From contig JBDRKW010000005.1 in the NCBI GenBank assembly GCA_043813585.1, forward strand, positions 3,409 to 67,408: DNA of 64,000 nucleotides, read 5' to 3'. Shown one piece after another: positions 27,039-36,408 of this stretch (position 1 is the first letter of the stretch; the number at the start of each line of letters is the position of its first letter). Position numbers and translations under genes: made by a program. Under the pieces are notes generated by a model, which had not been told where the DNA came from, made no database searches, and worked only from the letters and a program-made list of their open reading frames with translations. Source of the DNA: Candidatus Kerfeldbacteria bacterium. Its GTDB lineage: Bacteria > Patescibacteriota > Patescibacteriia > UBA9570 > XYC2-FULL-38-9.

Positions 27039-28070
27039 ATGAAGATCCTGGGCATCGAGACATCCTGCGACGACACCGGAGCCGCAATCGTGGAAGCGCG
27101 CGGCGACGGCAGCTTTGACATACTCGCAAACGTCATAAAGCAGCAGGACCATACGGAAACCGGCGGGGTGGTGCCGGAGATTGCCGCGCGCCATCACGCA
27201 ACATCGGTTCTGCCGGCGATTGATGAGGCACTGAAGGAAGCCGGCATGAAAATTGGGGGCATCGATGCGCTTGCGGTCACACGCGGACCCGGGTTGATCG
27301 CCTGCCTGCTTGTCGGAGTAGAAACAGCCAAGACTATTGCCATGGCCAAGGGCATGCCGATCATAGGCGTGAACCATATGGAAGCGCATATCGCTTCCAC
27401 TTTTGTTGAACATCCGCACATGGAGTTTCCGGCAGTAGCGCTGCTGGCAAGCGGCGGACACACCATGCTCGTAGGCATCAACGAACCGGGCGATTATTAT
27501 ATGATAGGAACAACGCGCGACGACGCGGCCGGGGAAGCGTTTGATAAAGTTGCAAAGATGCTTGGGTTGTCATACCCCGGCGGACCGGAGTTGGAAAAAC
27601 TGGCAAAAAAAGGCGACCCATATGCGCACGACTTCCCAAAACCGATGATCAACTCCGACGACATTGATTTTTCTTTCGCCGGTCTGAAAACAGCAATCAA
27701 ATATTATATCCGCGACAATAGTCCACTTTCGGATGAAGGCCGCGCTGATATCGCCGCATCCTTCCAGGAGAGCATTGCGCAGGTACTGGTAAGCAAGACG
27801 CTCCAGGCAGCAGATCGGCACGAAGCGAAAACAGTAGTACTGGGCGGCGGTGTATCGGCAAACAAGATGCTTGTAGATCGGCTGCATTCCGTATTCCAAG
27901 AAGTGCGGCCGGAAACAGAAATCATGGTGCCTTCGCCCGGCTTGTTCACGGACAACGGCGCCATGATCGCGATTGCCGCGGCACCGCGCGCACTAACGGG
28001 CGACTATGACGACTGGAGAAAAATCACAGTAAACCCCAAACTGCGAATAGCAGAAAGTGAGAGTAAATAA
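27039..28070 (+). CDS. tsaD: tRNA N6-adenosine threonylcarbamoyltransferase TsaD
   Basis: MKILGIETSCDDTGAAIVE... and HMEAHI metal-binding motifs. 343 aa. Confidence 0.85.
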   Translation: MKILGIETSCDDTGAAIVEARGDGSFDILANVIKQQDHTETGGVVPEIAARHHATSVLPAIDEALKEAGMKIGGIDALAVTRGPGLIACLLVGVETAKTIAMAKGMPIIGVNHMEAHIASTFVEHPHMEFPAVALLASGGHTMLVGINEPGDYYMIGTTRDDAAGEAFDKVAKMLGLSYPGGPELEKLAKKGDPYAHDFPKPMINSDDIDFSFAGLKTAIKYYIRDNSPLSDEGRADIAASFQESIAQVLVSKTLQAADRHEAKTVVLGGGVSANKMLVDRLHSVFQEVRPETEIMVPSPGLFTDNGAMIAIAAAPRALTGDYDDWRKITVNPKLRIAESESK

Positions 28071-28100
28071 AAAAACGACGCCCAGATGGGCGCCGCTTTT
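28070..28100. terminator. Bidirectional terminator between tsaD and the DsbA-like gene (A7-cgccc-agat-gggcg-ccgcTTTT)
   Basis: A short GC stem. It has a stronger T-run on the minus strand. Confidence 0.4.
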
Positions 28101-28113
28101 ATAATCCTATTTT

Positions 28114-28875
28114 TTATTCCAGGAATGGTTCAATCTTCTGGGACATGCTGTCGAGTGAAAGCGCACCAGAGATTGTGGTGAGTACATTTCCGTCTCCGTC
28201 AACAATAACTGAGAAAGGAGTACCGTTTCCACCAAGTGACTGTGCTTCAGACGCATCAGTGCTGACCTGGCCATCAAAGTCACCCCCGTTAAGGCATTCC
28301 TCGAATTGGCCTGCATCTAAACCGGTATCACCTGCCAGAGTTACAAGCGAACCATCAGCAACCTTTTCTGTTGAGCTGTCGAACATGGCATCCAGGAATT
28401 CCCAAAACAGTCCTTGATCTCCGGCACATTCAGCAGCGTTTGCTTTGCTTGCGGCTTCTGGATGAAGACTTGTAAGCGGGAAGTGTTTATATGACAGTTT
28501 GACCCTGCCATCATACTTTTCCAGGACATCCTTTGCTGTGTCGTGGTACTGCTTGCAATATGGGCAGTCGATATCCGAATATTCGATGATAGTGACATCG
28601 CCTTCACCCCGGTTATTGCGCAGACCTTCTAGATCTACAGAACCGTCAGCTGTTGGAGCAGCGGCCCCTGTATCAGCTGCAGCAACGGTGTCAGTGTTTG
28701 TGTTTACTTTCTTATCGTTATCGTCTTTTTCGCCGTCATCTAAGACGATAACCAGCATTACGATAAAGCCGGCAATCGAGATGACCGCAGCAGACGTTAC
28801 AACACCGGCCCAAAACGCAAATTGCGGGGGCATAGTGTCGAAGAACGACTTCTTTGAAGAGGATGATCCCTCCAT
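28114..28875 (-). CDS. DsbA-like thiol:disulfide oxidoreductase with N-terminal TM anchor
   Basis: CPYC active-site motif in a thioredoxin-fold context (DIDCPYCKQYHDTAKDVLEKY). Confidence 0.65.
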   Translation of the reverse strand: MEGSSSSKKSFFDTMPPQFAFWAGVVTSAAVISIAGFIVMLVIVLDDGEKDDNDKKVNTNTDTVAAADTGAAAPTADGSVDLEGLRNNRGEGDVTIIEYSDIDCPYCKQYHDTAKDVLEKYDGRVKLSYKHFPLTSLHPEAASKANAAECAGDQGLFWEFLDAMFDSSTEKVADGSLVTLAGDTGLDAGQFEECLNGGDFDGQVSTDASEAQSLGGNGTPFSVIVDGDGNVLTTISGALSLDSMSQKIEPFLE

Positions 28876-28938
28876 ATAGTTATTACTTAACTAATAAGCC
28901 TTACTTAAAATACTGGATTTTCATGTGCGCGTCAAACG

Positions 28939-28966
28939 TTGACTTTGCGGCATAATGGGCTATAGT
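28939..28966 (+). promoter_or_regulatory. Promoter TTGACT-16-TATAGT driving the T-box leader
   Basis: -35 at 28939-28944 and -10 at 28961-28966. Confidence 0.5.
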
Positions 28967-28972
28967 ATCCTT

Positions 28973-29165
28973 ACATTATATATAGAGGTGTCTGACTGTC
29001 GGGCTGTGTCGCCGGCAGGAGCTTCCCGGGAAAGCGTTAAAAAGTCCAACCGGGACGGATAGCCGACGTCAACGGCCAACGAAGCGCCCAGCGCATGCAG
29101 ACAAACAGCGCAGGGAATTCAGGTGGTACCGCCCACAACAGGGCCCTGAAATAGAGGGCTTTTTA
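28973..29165 (+). promoter_or_regulatory. T-box riboswitch leader (likely Val-specific) upstream of the HD-valS operon
   Basis: aattcAGGUGGUACCGCC at 29116-29133 matches the T-box consensus AAnnAGGGUGGNACCGCG (UGGU pairs with the ACCA of tRNA-Val, discriminator A). Candidate specifier GUC-A at 29068-29071. Terminator hairpin gccct-gaaatag-agggc plus T5 (29145-29164) lies 9 nt before the ATG. Confidence 0.5.
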
Positions 29166-29173
29166 TTATCTCT

Positions 29174-30154
29174 ATGGACTATACCGACAAAATCTACGGA
29201 CCAATAAAAATCGATGAACCGGTCATCGAAGAGTTGATCGCAAGCAAGCCGATACAGCGCTTGAAAAACATCAACCAGTACGGCGCGTCTTTCTATCGGT
29301 TTCCGCATTTGTCAACGACGCGATTCGAGCACAGCGTTGGCGTGTATCATGTTTTGCGCCATCTTGGCGCGCCGTTACTCGAACAGGTCTTCGGTCTGCT
29401 GCACGACGCTCCGCACACGGCATTTTCCCATGTGGCCGATTTCGTATTTGAAGACGCGTCGCAGGCGTTCCATGAAAAATTTCTTGAACGAACCATATTC
29501 GAATCCGAAATTCCAAAGATCCTAAAGAAGCACGGTCTTTCAGTTTGGAAGCTGCTTGATAAGCAATCTTTCAAGCTTGCCGAACGGTCAGCGCCGGACC
29601 TGTGCGCCGACCGCATCGACTATTTTTTCCGCGATTGCGTAACAGACAAACAACTCGACCTTCCGGACGCGCGCAAGATGCTTGCCGATCTTTTTGTATA
29701 TGAAGGCGATATCGTTTTCCGATCACAAGAGCTGGCAAAGAAGTTTGCGACGACATACAGAGGCGCGAACGAGAAGCTGTGGGCCAATCCATTACAGTCG
29801 GCTGCGTATTACCTCCTGGCGCATGCCATGAAAACAGCGCTCGAAGAAGGCGTTATTACGTTTAGTGATATTTTCCTCACCGACGAAGAGGTCTACACAA
29901 AGATGAAGCAGTCCAACAACGAAGAAATCCTGCGCTACATCGAAGAGATGGAACGCGTCGTCATAAAAGAAGATGCAGATGACTACGACTACCACATCAA
30001 ACCGAAAATCAGGATCGTTGACCCGTATGTCTTAACCCGCGAAGCCGGCCGCGACATAAAAAAACGCCTCGGAGAGCTCGACCCGACATTCAGAGAACGG
30101 AACGAATCATTCTACGAGCGGCTCTCAAAAGGATATTATGTAAAAATACTATAA
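29174..30154 (+). CDS. HD-domain phosphohydrolase
   Basis: H...HD metal-binding motifs (HSVGVYHV...LLHDAPHTAFSH...DRIDY). Its stop lies 4 nt before valS. Confidence 0.65.
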   Translation: MDYTDKIYGPIKIDEPVIEELIASKPIQRLKNINQYGASFYRFPHLSTTRFEHSVGVYHVLRHLGAPLLEQVFGLLHDAPHTAFSHVADFVFEDASQAFHEKFLERTIFESEIPKILKKHGLSVWKLLDKQSFKLAERSAPDLCADRIDYFFRDCVTDKQLDLPDARKMLADLFVYEGDIVFRSQELAKKFATTYRGANEKLWANPLQSAAYYLLAHAMKTALEEGVITFSDIFLTDEEVYTKMKQSNNEEILRYIEEMERVVIKEDADDYDYHIKPKIRIVDPYVLTREAGRDIKKRLGELDPTFRERNESFYERLSKGYYVKIL

Positions 30155-30158
30155 CCGT

Positions 30159-32738
30159 ATGGAAAAAGCCTACGACCCCAAACAATACGAAGACGACATC
30201 TATAAAAAGTGGGAAGACTCCGGCTATTTTAATCCGGACAACCTGCCGGGCGACCGCACGGAGCCGTTTTCCGTGATGATGCCGCCGCCGAACGTGACCG
30301 GCGTTCTGCACCTCGGCCACGCGTTTGAGCATTCATTGATGGACACAAAGGTCCGTTTTGAGCGCATGCGCGGAAAGAAAGCCCTGCTTCTGCCGGGAAC
30401 AGACCATGCGGCGATCGCAACGCAAGCCCGCGTCGAAGACAAGCTGAAAAAAGAAGGCGTGGAGAACCCGCGCCAGGAATACGGCCGTGAGAAGCTATTG
30501 GAGATCATCCGCGAGTTTGCTGAAGAATCCAAAGCGACAATGCTGGGCCAGATCCGGAGAATCGGGACGAGCTGTGATTGGTCGCGCCTCGCATATACGT
30601 TTGACGAAGATCGCTCCCGCGCAGTAAACGCGATGTTCAAGAAGATGTATGATGACGGGCTGATTTATCGCGGGTACCGCGTGGTGAACTGGTCGGTTGC
30701 GGGGCAGTCAACCTGTTCGGAAGATGAGCTGGAATACAAAGAACAACCGACGACAATCTACACGTTTAAGTATTCAAAGGATTTTCCGATCGCGATTGCA
30801 TCCACACGGCCGGAAACAAAGCTGGGCGACACGGCAGTTGCGGTCCATCCGGAAGACAAGCGCTATAAAAAGTTCATCGGTGAGGAATTCACTGTTGACG
30901 TGGGTGCTGCTACGCCTCTTACAATTAAAATAATCGCTGACGAATCAGTCGACCCGGAATACGGTACGGGCGCGCTCGGCGTGACGCCGGCGCACAGCGC
31001 GATCGACTTTGAGATGTATGAGCGCAATAAAGAGATTGGTTTGAATCAGGTGATCGGCACGGACGGCAGGATGACCGACAACGCCGGGAAGGCCTATAAA
31101 GGGCTGACAACAGAAGAAGCGCGTGCGAAGTTCGTACAGTGGCTGCGCGATCAGAAATTATTAGTCAACGAAGAAGAGGCAATGCATAGCGTCGGCGCAT
31201 CAGACCGGTACAAGGATGTGGTTGAGGCGCTGCCCATGGACCAGTGGTTCGTGGACGTGAACAAGGAAATTCCCGGCCGCGGCAAGTCGCTGAAAGAGCT
31301 CATGAAGGACGCAGTGACGACCGGCCACAACGGTGACAAGTCGAAGAAGGTGGAGATCGCACCTGAACAGTTTCTCAAGACCTACCTGCACTGGATCGAG
31401 AACCTGAAGGACTGGTGCATCAGCCGCCAGATCTGGTGGGGCCACCGGATTCCGGTATGGACGAAAGGAGAAGATGTGCATGTGGGAGCGGAAGCGCCGG
31501 AGGGCGGCGGCTGGACGCAGGACGAAGACACGCTGGACACCTGGTTCTCCTCCGGCATGTGGGCATTTTCCACGCTCGGTTGGCCGGAAGAAACGATCGA
31601 CCTCCAAACATTTTTTCCGACGTCCTGGATGCAGATGGGATATGAAATTTTGTTCCTTTGGCTTGCGCGCATGATTCTTATGTCGACGTACGGCCTTGAT
31701 GACATCCCGTTTACGCAGGCGCACATCCACGGCATCCTTCGCGACAAGAGAGGAAAGAAGTTTTCAAAAACGGCAGGAAACGGGGTTGACCCGATTGAGA
31801 TGGCGAACAAGTACGGCACGGATGCGCTGCGCTTCAGCCTGCTTAAAGGCATTGCGCCGGGCAACGATTCGCGTTTTTATGAAGAGAAGGTGGAGGACGG
31901 GCGCAACTTTGTGAATAAGCTCTGGAATATGGCGCGGTTTATCTCCATGCAGGAGATCGATGAAGCCGGCAAGCCGTCGATTGCGGACCGGTGGATCCTG
32001 TCTCGGCTGAATGCTGTTATAAGAGAGGTGGAACAGATGTATGAAAACGACCAGTTCGGCCAGGCTGCAGACACGTTGTACAATTTCACCTGGCATGAAT
32101 TTGCCGATTGGTATATTGAGATCACCAAGGTGCAGCCGAACCCTGCAGTCACACGCGACGTGCTGGAACAGATTATAAAGCTCGCGCACCCGCTTATCCC
32201 GTTCGTGACTGAAGCGATCTGGAAGGAGCTTGGTAAAGAATCGATGCTCATTATTGAACAGTGGCCGGAAGCGGACGAGTCATTAATTGATAACGCAGCA
32301 GAAAAGCAACTCGAAGACGTAAAAGAATTGATTTCTTCCATACGTCACATCAGAAAAGAGTACAACATCAAACCAAAACAGGAGCTCGAAGCATTAAAGA
32401 GCGATATTGATGATGAAGATGCAGCACTTGTCCAACAACTCGCATCAGTTTCATTTGTCGCAGAAAAGAAGTTCACAAATAGTGCCACCGCAGTAGCAGG
32501 TGACAAGCAAATTATCATCCCGCTTGACGGAGTGATTGATGTTGAAGCAGAAAAGAAGCGCATAGAAAGAGAGATTAAAGCAAAAGAAGGATACCTGGCC
32601 GGACTAGAGAAGAAGCTGGGCAACAAGAAGTTCCTGGAGAGCGCTCCAGAAGAGGTTATCGAACAAAACAAGCAATCAAAGGCCGAAGCAGAGGCCGAAT
32701 TGAGCAATTTACAGCAAGCACTTGCAAATTTGTCGTAA
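30159..32738 (+). CDS. valS: Valine--tRNA ligase
   Basis: PPPNVTGVLHLGHA (HIGH), KFSKT (KMSKS) and a C-terminal coiled-coil. 859 aa. Confidence 0.9.
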   Translation: MEKAYDPKQYEDDIYKKWEDSGYFNPDNLPGDRTEPFSVMMPPPNVTGVLHLGHAFEHSLMDTKVRFERMRGKKALLLPGTDHAAIATQARVEDKLKKEGVENPRQEYGREKLLEIIREFAEESKATMLGQIRRIGTSCDWSRLAYTFDEDRSRAVNAMFKKMYDDGLIYRGYRVVNWSVAGQSTCSEDELEYKEQPTTIYTFKYSKDFPIAIASTRPETKLGDTAVAVHPEDKRYKKFIGEEFTVDVGAATPLTIKIIADESVDPEYGTGALGVTPAHSAIDFEMYERNKEIGLNQVIGTDGRMTDNAGKAYKGLTTEEARAKFVQWLRDQKLLVNEEEAMHSVGASDRYKDVVEALPMDQWFVDVNKEIPGRGKSLKELMKDAVTTGHNGDKSKKVEIAPEQFLKTYLHWIENLKDWCISRQIWWGHRIPVWTKGEDVHVGAEAPEGGGWTQDEDTLDTWFSSGMWAFSTLGWPEETIDLQTFFPTSWMQMGYEILFLWLARMILMSTYGLDDIPFTQAHIHGILRDKRGKKFSKTAGNGVDPIEMANKYGTDALRFSLLKGIAPGNDSRFYEEKVEDGRNFVNKLWNMARFISMQEIDEAGKPSIADRWILSRLNAVIREVEQMYENDQFGQAADTLYNFTWHEFADWYIEITKVQPNPAVTRDVLEQIIKLAHPLIPFVTEAIWKELGKESMLIIEQWPEADESLIDNAAEKQLEDVKELISSIRHIRKEYNIKPKQELEALKSDIDDEDAALVQQLASVSFVAEKKFTNSATAVAGDKQIIIPLDGVIDVEAEKKRIEREIKAKEGYLAGLEKKLGNKKFLESAPEEVIEQNKQSKAEAEAELSNLQQALANLS

Positions 32739-32858
32739 ATATTGTCTGACATGTGGATAGATCTGCTTTAATAAATATTAAATATGTACTATAATAGGGT
32801 CGTACTGACTCCGCACACAGACGGAGCAGTTTTTCTAGTTATCAAATAGGGTGTTAAA

Positions 32859-34835
32859 ATGACACAGGGAGTACAAACAAAACGCGCCGCATGGATAATT
32901 GTTTTTCTGGCGGTGTTTTTTATTCCATTAACAGCAAGCGCAGCAACTATCGTCCACGACGACATAGGCGACTTCACAGGCACATTCTCAGACACCCAGT
33001 GGGACGCAGGAAACACCTGGATCGAGCTGGACGGCACAGGAATGGGCAACGGCACAGGAACCTATTCATCGCAAAATGTTGACGCAGGATCAGCATCGTC
33101 CTGGAATTCATTATCCTGGACCCCGGAACAGCCGTTCTTCAAAGAACTGCCCAACAGCGGGAGTTCAGAATCCGGCTATCCAAACGGAAACGCCAACATG
33201 AGCAGCAATGAATTACTCATGCACATGAATGCAACCTCTTATATCGATGTAGAAGACACGTCCGGCAACACCAACGATGGAACATTTGTCGATTCCTACA
33301 CGAAATTGCTGATGCACATGGACAACACCCTCCTGCCCGATAACTCCCTAAGCGGGCATACTGTAAATATATTTTCAGATGTTGCGAGAAGCAGTGCGCA
33401 ATCAAAATATGGCGGATTCAGTGCCTTATTCAATGCCTCGGGAGATTATTTAAGCATGCCGGCAAGCAGTGATTGGGATTTTTCAGGCGGAGATTTTACG
33501 ATTGATTTCTGGTTTTACCTGAACCTGGCAGGTATTCAGCAAACACTCATCAATAGTTGGGTGAATTACCTTGATCCTGACAATTGGCATATCTATATCA
33601 CTACCGCTAATAGGTTAGCTTTCTTTTCGCACGGGTATACTGGTGATGCTGGGGTTGTCGGAACTCATGACGTAACTCCAGATGCATGGCATCATGTGGC
33701 GTATGTCTATGACGGGACTAATGTGAAAACGTATCTTGATGGGGTACTTGACGCTTCCGACGGGACTGCTCCGGGCAGTAATTCAGACCAGGCAATAGTC
33801 ATAGGTATAAATGATGCCAACAAATCAACTCAACCCCTATATGGCTATCTCGATGAGGTGAGGCTTTCAAAAGGCATAGCCAGGTGGACTTCCGACTTCA
33901 CGCCGCCGGTGCTCGCTGCCGGAAATGTGAGCTGGCCGGCAGGCACGCTGAATAACGCCTTGAGCTTTGATGGAACGAACAACTGGGTCACCGTTCCCGG
34001 CGACAGCAGCCTGGATATTACCAGCAACCTCACTGTTGAAGGATGGATATACCCCACCGACCTGACGCAGGACGGGATGATCGCGTCAAAGGAATGGTGC
34101 GATGCGTCAAGCAACTACGCCTATTCACTTGGTTATAATGCAAACGGGAAACTGCAGTTTATTTCAGACGACAGCGGAGACTGTGCTTCTGTGGATGAAT
34201 ACACGTCGGATAACATCGTTCTGACTGAAGACGAATGGAACCATGTTGCCGCTGTGCATACGAATTCATCGGTTACTCTTTATGTAAACGGGACTGCGGT
34301 TGCCGGTTCATTCACTGAGGGCGCTGCAGGAGCCATCCAGACAAATGATGAACCGCTTCGGTTAGGCGTGAACAAAGCCGCTTCAGGCTATGACAGCTTT
34401 TTTGTTGGGTCAATGGATGAAGTGGACGTGTTCAGCCGCGCACTGACCGCAGGCGAAATTGAGGACCATTACCGGCGCGGGGCAAACCGTTTGCAGATCC
34501 AGGTGCGGTCCTGCAATGACGCAGCATGCGACACAGAGACATTTAGGGGACCGGACGGAACAGCAGGAACCTACTACACAGAGTTGAGTAATACGACAAC
34601 TACAACACCGTCGTTAACCCTCACGAACGTCCCGGATAACCAATATTTTGAATACCAGGTCACCTTTGATACTGATGACGCAGTGCTCGGCCCGGAATTA
34701 AACGATATCACTATGGATTTTGGAGAAGGAGGCGGCGGAGACGCTATTCCTGAATTTTCATTACTAACATTATTTATCGCGTTCGGCTTGGGACTGGGTA
34801 CATTCGGTTATATCCGTCTTAAACAGGCGAAATGA
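32859..34835 (+). CDS. Secreted protein with two LamG/ConA-like lectin domains and a C-terminal PEF/PEP-CTERM-like sorting signal
   Basis: Signal peptide. LDEVRLSKGIARW and MDEVDVFSRALTAGEIEDHY are LamG signatures. C-terminus IPEFSLLTLFIAFGLGLGTFGYIRLKQAK. Confidence 0.6.
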   Translation: MTQGVQTKRAAWIIVFLAVFFIPLTASAATIVHDDIGDFTGTFSDTQWDAGNTWIELDGTGMGNGTGTYSSQNVDAGSASSWNSLSWTPEQPFFKELPNSGSSESGYPNGNANMSSNELLMHMNATSYIDVEDTSGNTNDGTFVDSYTKLLMHMDNTLLPDNSLSGHTVNIFSDVARSSAQSKYGGFSALFNASGDYLSMPASSDWDFSGGDFTIDFWFYLNLAGIQQTLINSWVNYLDPDNWHIYITTANRLAFFSHGYTGDAGVVGTHDVTPDAWHHVAYVYDGTNVKTYLDGVLDASDGTAPGSNSDQAIVIGINDANKSTQPLYGYLDEVRLSKGIARWTSDFTPPVLAAGNVSWPAGTLNNALSFDGTNNWVTVPGDSSLDITSNLTVEGWIYPTDLTQDGMIASKEWCDASSNYAYSLGYNANGKLQFISDDSGDCASVDEYTSDNIVLTEDEWNHVAAVHTNSSVTLYVNGTAVAGSFTEGAAGAIQTNDEPLRLGVNKAASGYDSFFVGSMDEVDVFSRALTAGEIEDHYRRGANRLQIQVRSCNDAACDTETFRGPDGTAGTYYTELSNTTTTTPSLTLTNVPDNQYFEYQVTFDTDDAVLGPELNDITMDFGEGGGGDAIPEFSLLTLFIAFGLGLGTFGYIRLKQAK

Positions 34836-36331
34836 CGAAGAGGAGACTTCTTCAATATGGAGTAATAGCTATTCTGGCGGTTTTCCCAACCGCTGTTTTT
34901 GCCGTTAATTTGTATGTTGATGATGATGGCTGCGCAGACAGCAGTAACTGCCAGACCGCCGGCAGCCCATGCTGCACGATCAATTACGCCATCGGCCAAG
35001 GCTCGAGCGGCGACAGTATGAACATTGCCGCAGGTACGTATTATGAAGATGTGAACCTGATTAAGGAAATTGACCTGCTCGGGGCAGGACGGACACAAAC
35101 TATTATTGATTGCTCAGGAGCTTCGCCTGTTGACCATTGTATCGACGCCAATGCCCTAAGTGACGCGGTAACGATTCAGGATTTACAGGTTACAGGTGCC
35201 GGAACCGGCAAAGCGGGAATCTGGGTTAGCCCTTCCGCAGCTGCGTGCCCGGTTGTTACGCGCATCTGGGCAAACCGAAATTATGTAAATGGCATTGATT
35301 CACGTAATTGTGCGAATTATACGCTTGATGACGTTTGGGCAACGCAGAATGGCACCAGCACGAACAGCGGTATTCAAGTAATAATGCATTCATCCGGCAC
35401 GTTGCAGAATTCAGAACTGGCCGGCGGCCCGATGGCCCTGGTAAGTACGTCAACCGGCGACGGCATTGCCAATATTTATCAGTCGCATATTTCAAACGGA
35501 GACGGCCAGTACCCCCCGTCATTACTGGCGTTCAATAATATTTTTGCATGGGGCGGCCCTCCCGCCTACATATTCGGTTCACCGCTGTACTATAACAACA
35601 TGTTCACCACCAACCAATTGAACCTGTATAATGTGGTGGCTCCGGTTTTCTACAATAATATGTTTTATGGAGCTGAAGGCTATGCGCTCAGAAGACTGCT
35701 GGGCGCGAATTGCGGCACCTTTGATTACAACAGCTGGTACAACAATGGGGGTGATATATATCTCGACCAGTGTTCAAAAGGAGTAAACACAAACAGTGAC
35801 GACCCGAATTTTGTGAAGAACTACACCGGTACAGTCGCTTCGCTGACAGAAAGCGGCAGCAATGCACACGACTTCGTGACAGACATCAACGTGAGCGGCA
35901 GTCCGTGGACAGCGCACCAGTTCATGATGGGCGGATATTACTTTGTCCCTGACGATGATACGCGGCATATATGGTATATCATCGATAACGATGAAAATAC
36001 ATTAAGCGTTGCGCGCGCGGAAACGGGATACGCGCCGTCTGACTATGGAGTAGGGGCTTCTGATACGTTCTATATCACGCAATACCTGCGCGACGATGCC
36101 TGGACCGGAGTTGATACGGCCTATGATTTAAGCGGAACGGTTGATATTGATATTTTCGCCAACGCTCGGCCGCTCGGCCTTGGGTACGACATCGGACCAA
36201 TGGAAGACGGGCCGCAAGATGAGGGAGGCAGTCCGGTACCGGAATATTCTTTGCTGACTTTGGTTATCGCGTTTGGCCTGGGATTAGGGGCATTTGGATA
36301 CCTGAGGAAAACTACAATAGACCGATTTTAG
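34832..36331 (+). CDS. Secreted right-handed beta-helix-like protein with PEF/PEP-CTERM-like sorting signal
   Basis: Signal peptide. N-terminal cap ...CQTAGSPCCTINYAIGQGSSGDSMNIAAGTYYEDV. C-terminus VPEYSLLTLVIAFGLGLGAFGYLRK. Overlaps the upstream gene by 4 nt. Confidence 0.55.
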   Translation: MTKRRLLQYGVIAILAVFPTAVFAVNLYVDDDGCADSSNCQTAGSPCCTINYAIGQGSSGDSMNIAAGTYYEDVNLIKEIDLLGAGRTQTIIDCSGASPVDHCIDANALSDAVTIQDLQVTGAGTGKAGIWVSPSAAACPVVTRIWANRNYVNGIDSRNCANYTLDDVWATQNGTSTNSGIQVIMHSSGTLQNSELAGGPMALVSTSTGDGIANIYQSHISNGDGQYPPSLLAFNNIFAWGGPPAYIFGSPLYYNNMFTTNQLNLYNVVAPVFYNNMFYGAEGYALRRLLGANCGTFDYNSWYNNGGDIYLDQCSKGVNTNSDDPNFVKNYTGTVASLTESGSNAHDFVTDINVSGSPWTAHQFMMGGYYFVPDDDTRHIWYIIDNDENTLSVARAETGYAPSDYGVGASDTFYITQYLRDDAWTGVDTAYDLSGTVDIDIFANARPLGLGYDIGPMEDGPQDEGGSPVPEYSLLTLVIAFGLGLGAFGYLRKTTIDRF

Positions 36332-36408
36332 AATTTGTGCTATAATACTAATGCGTTTATTGGGAGTTTCAACGTCTCCTAATTGTTTATTTTGATACTA
36401 TCAATAAA

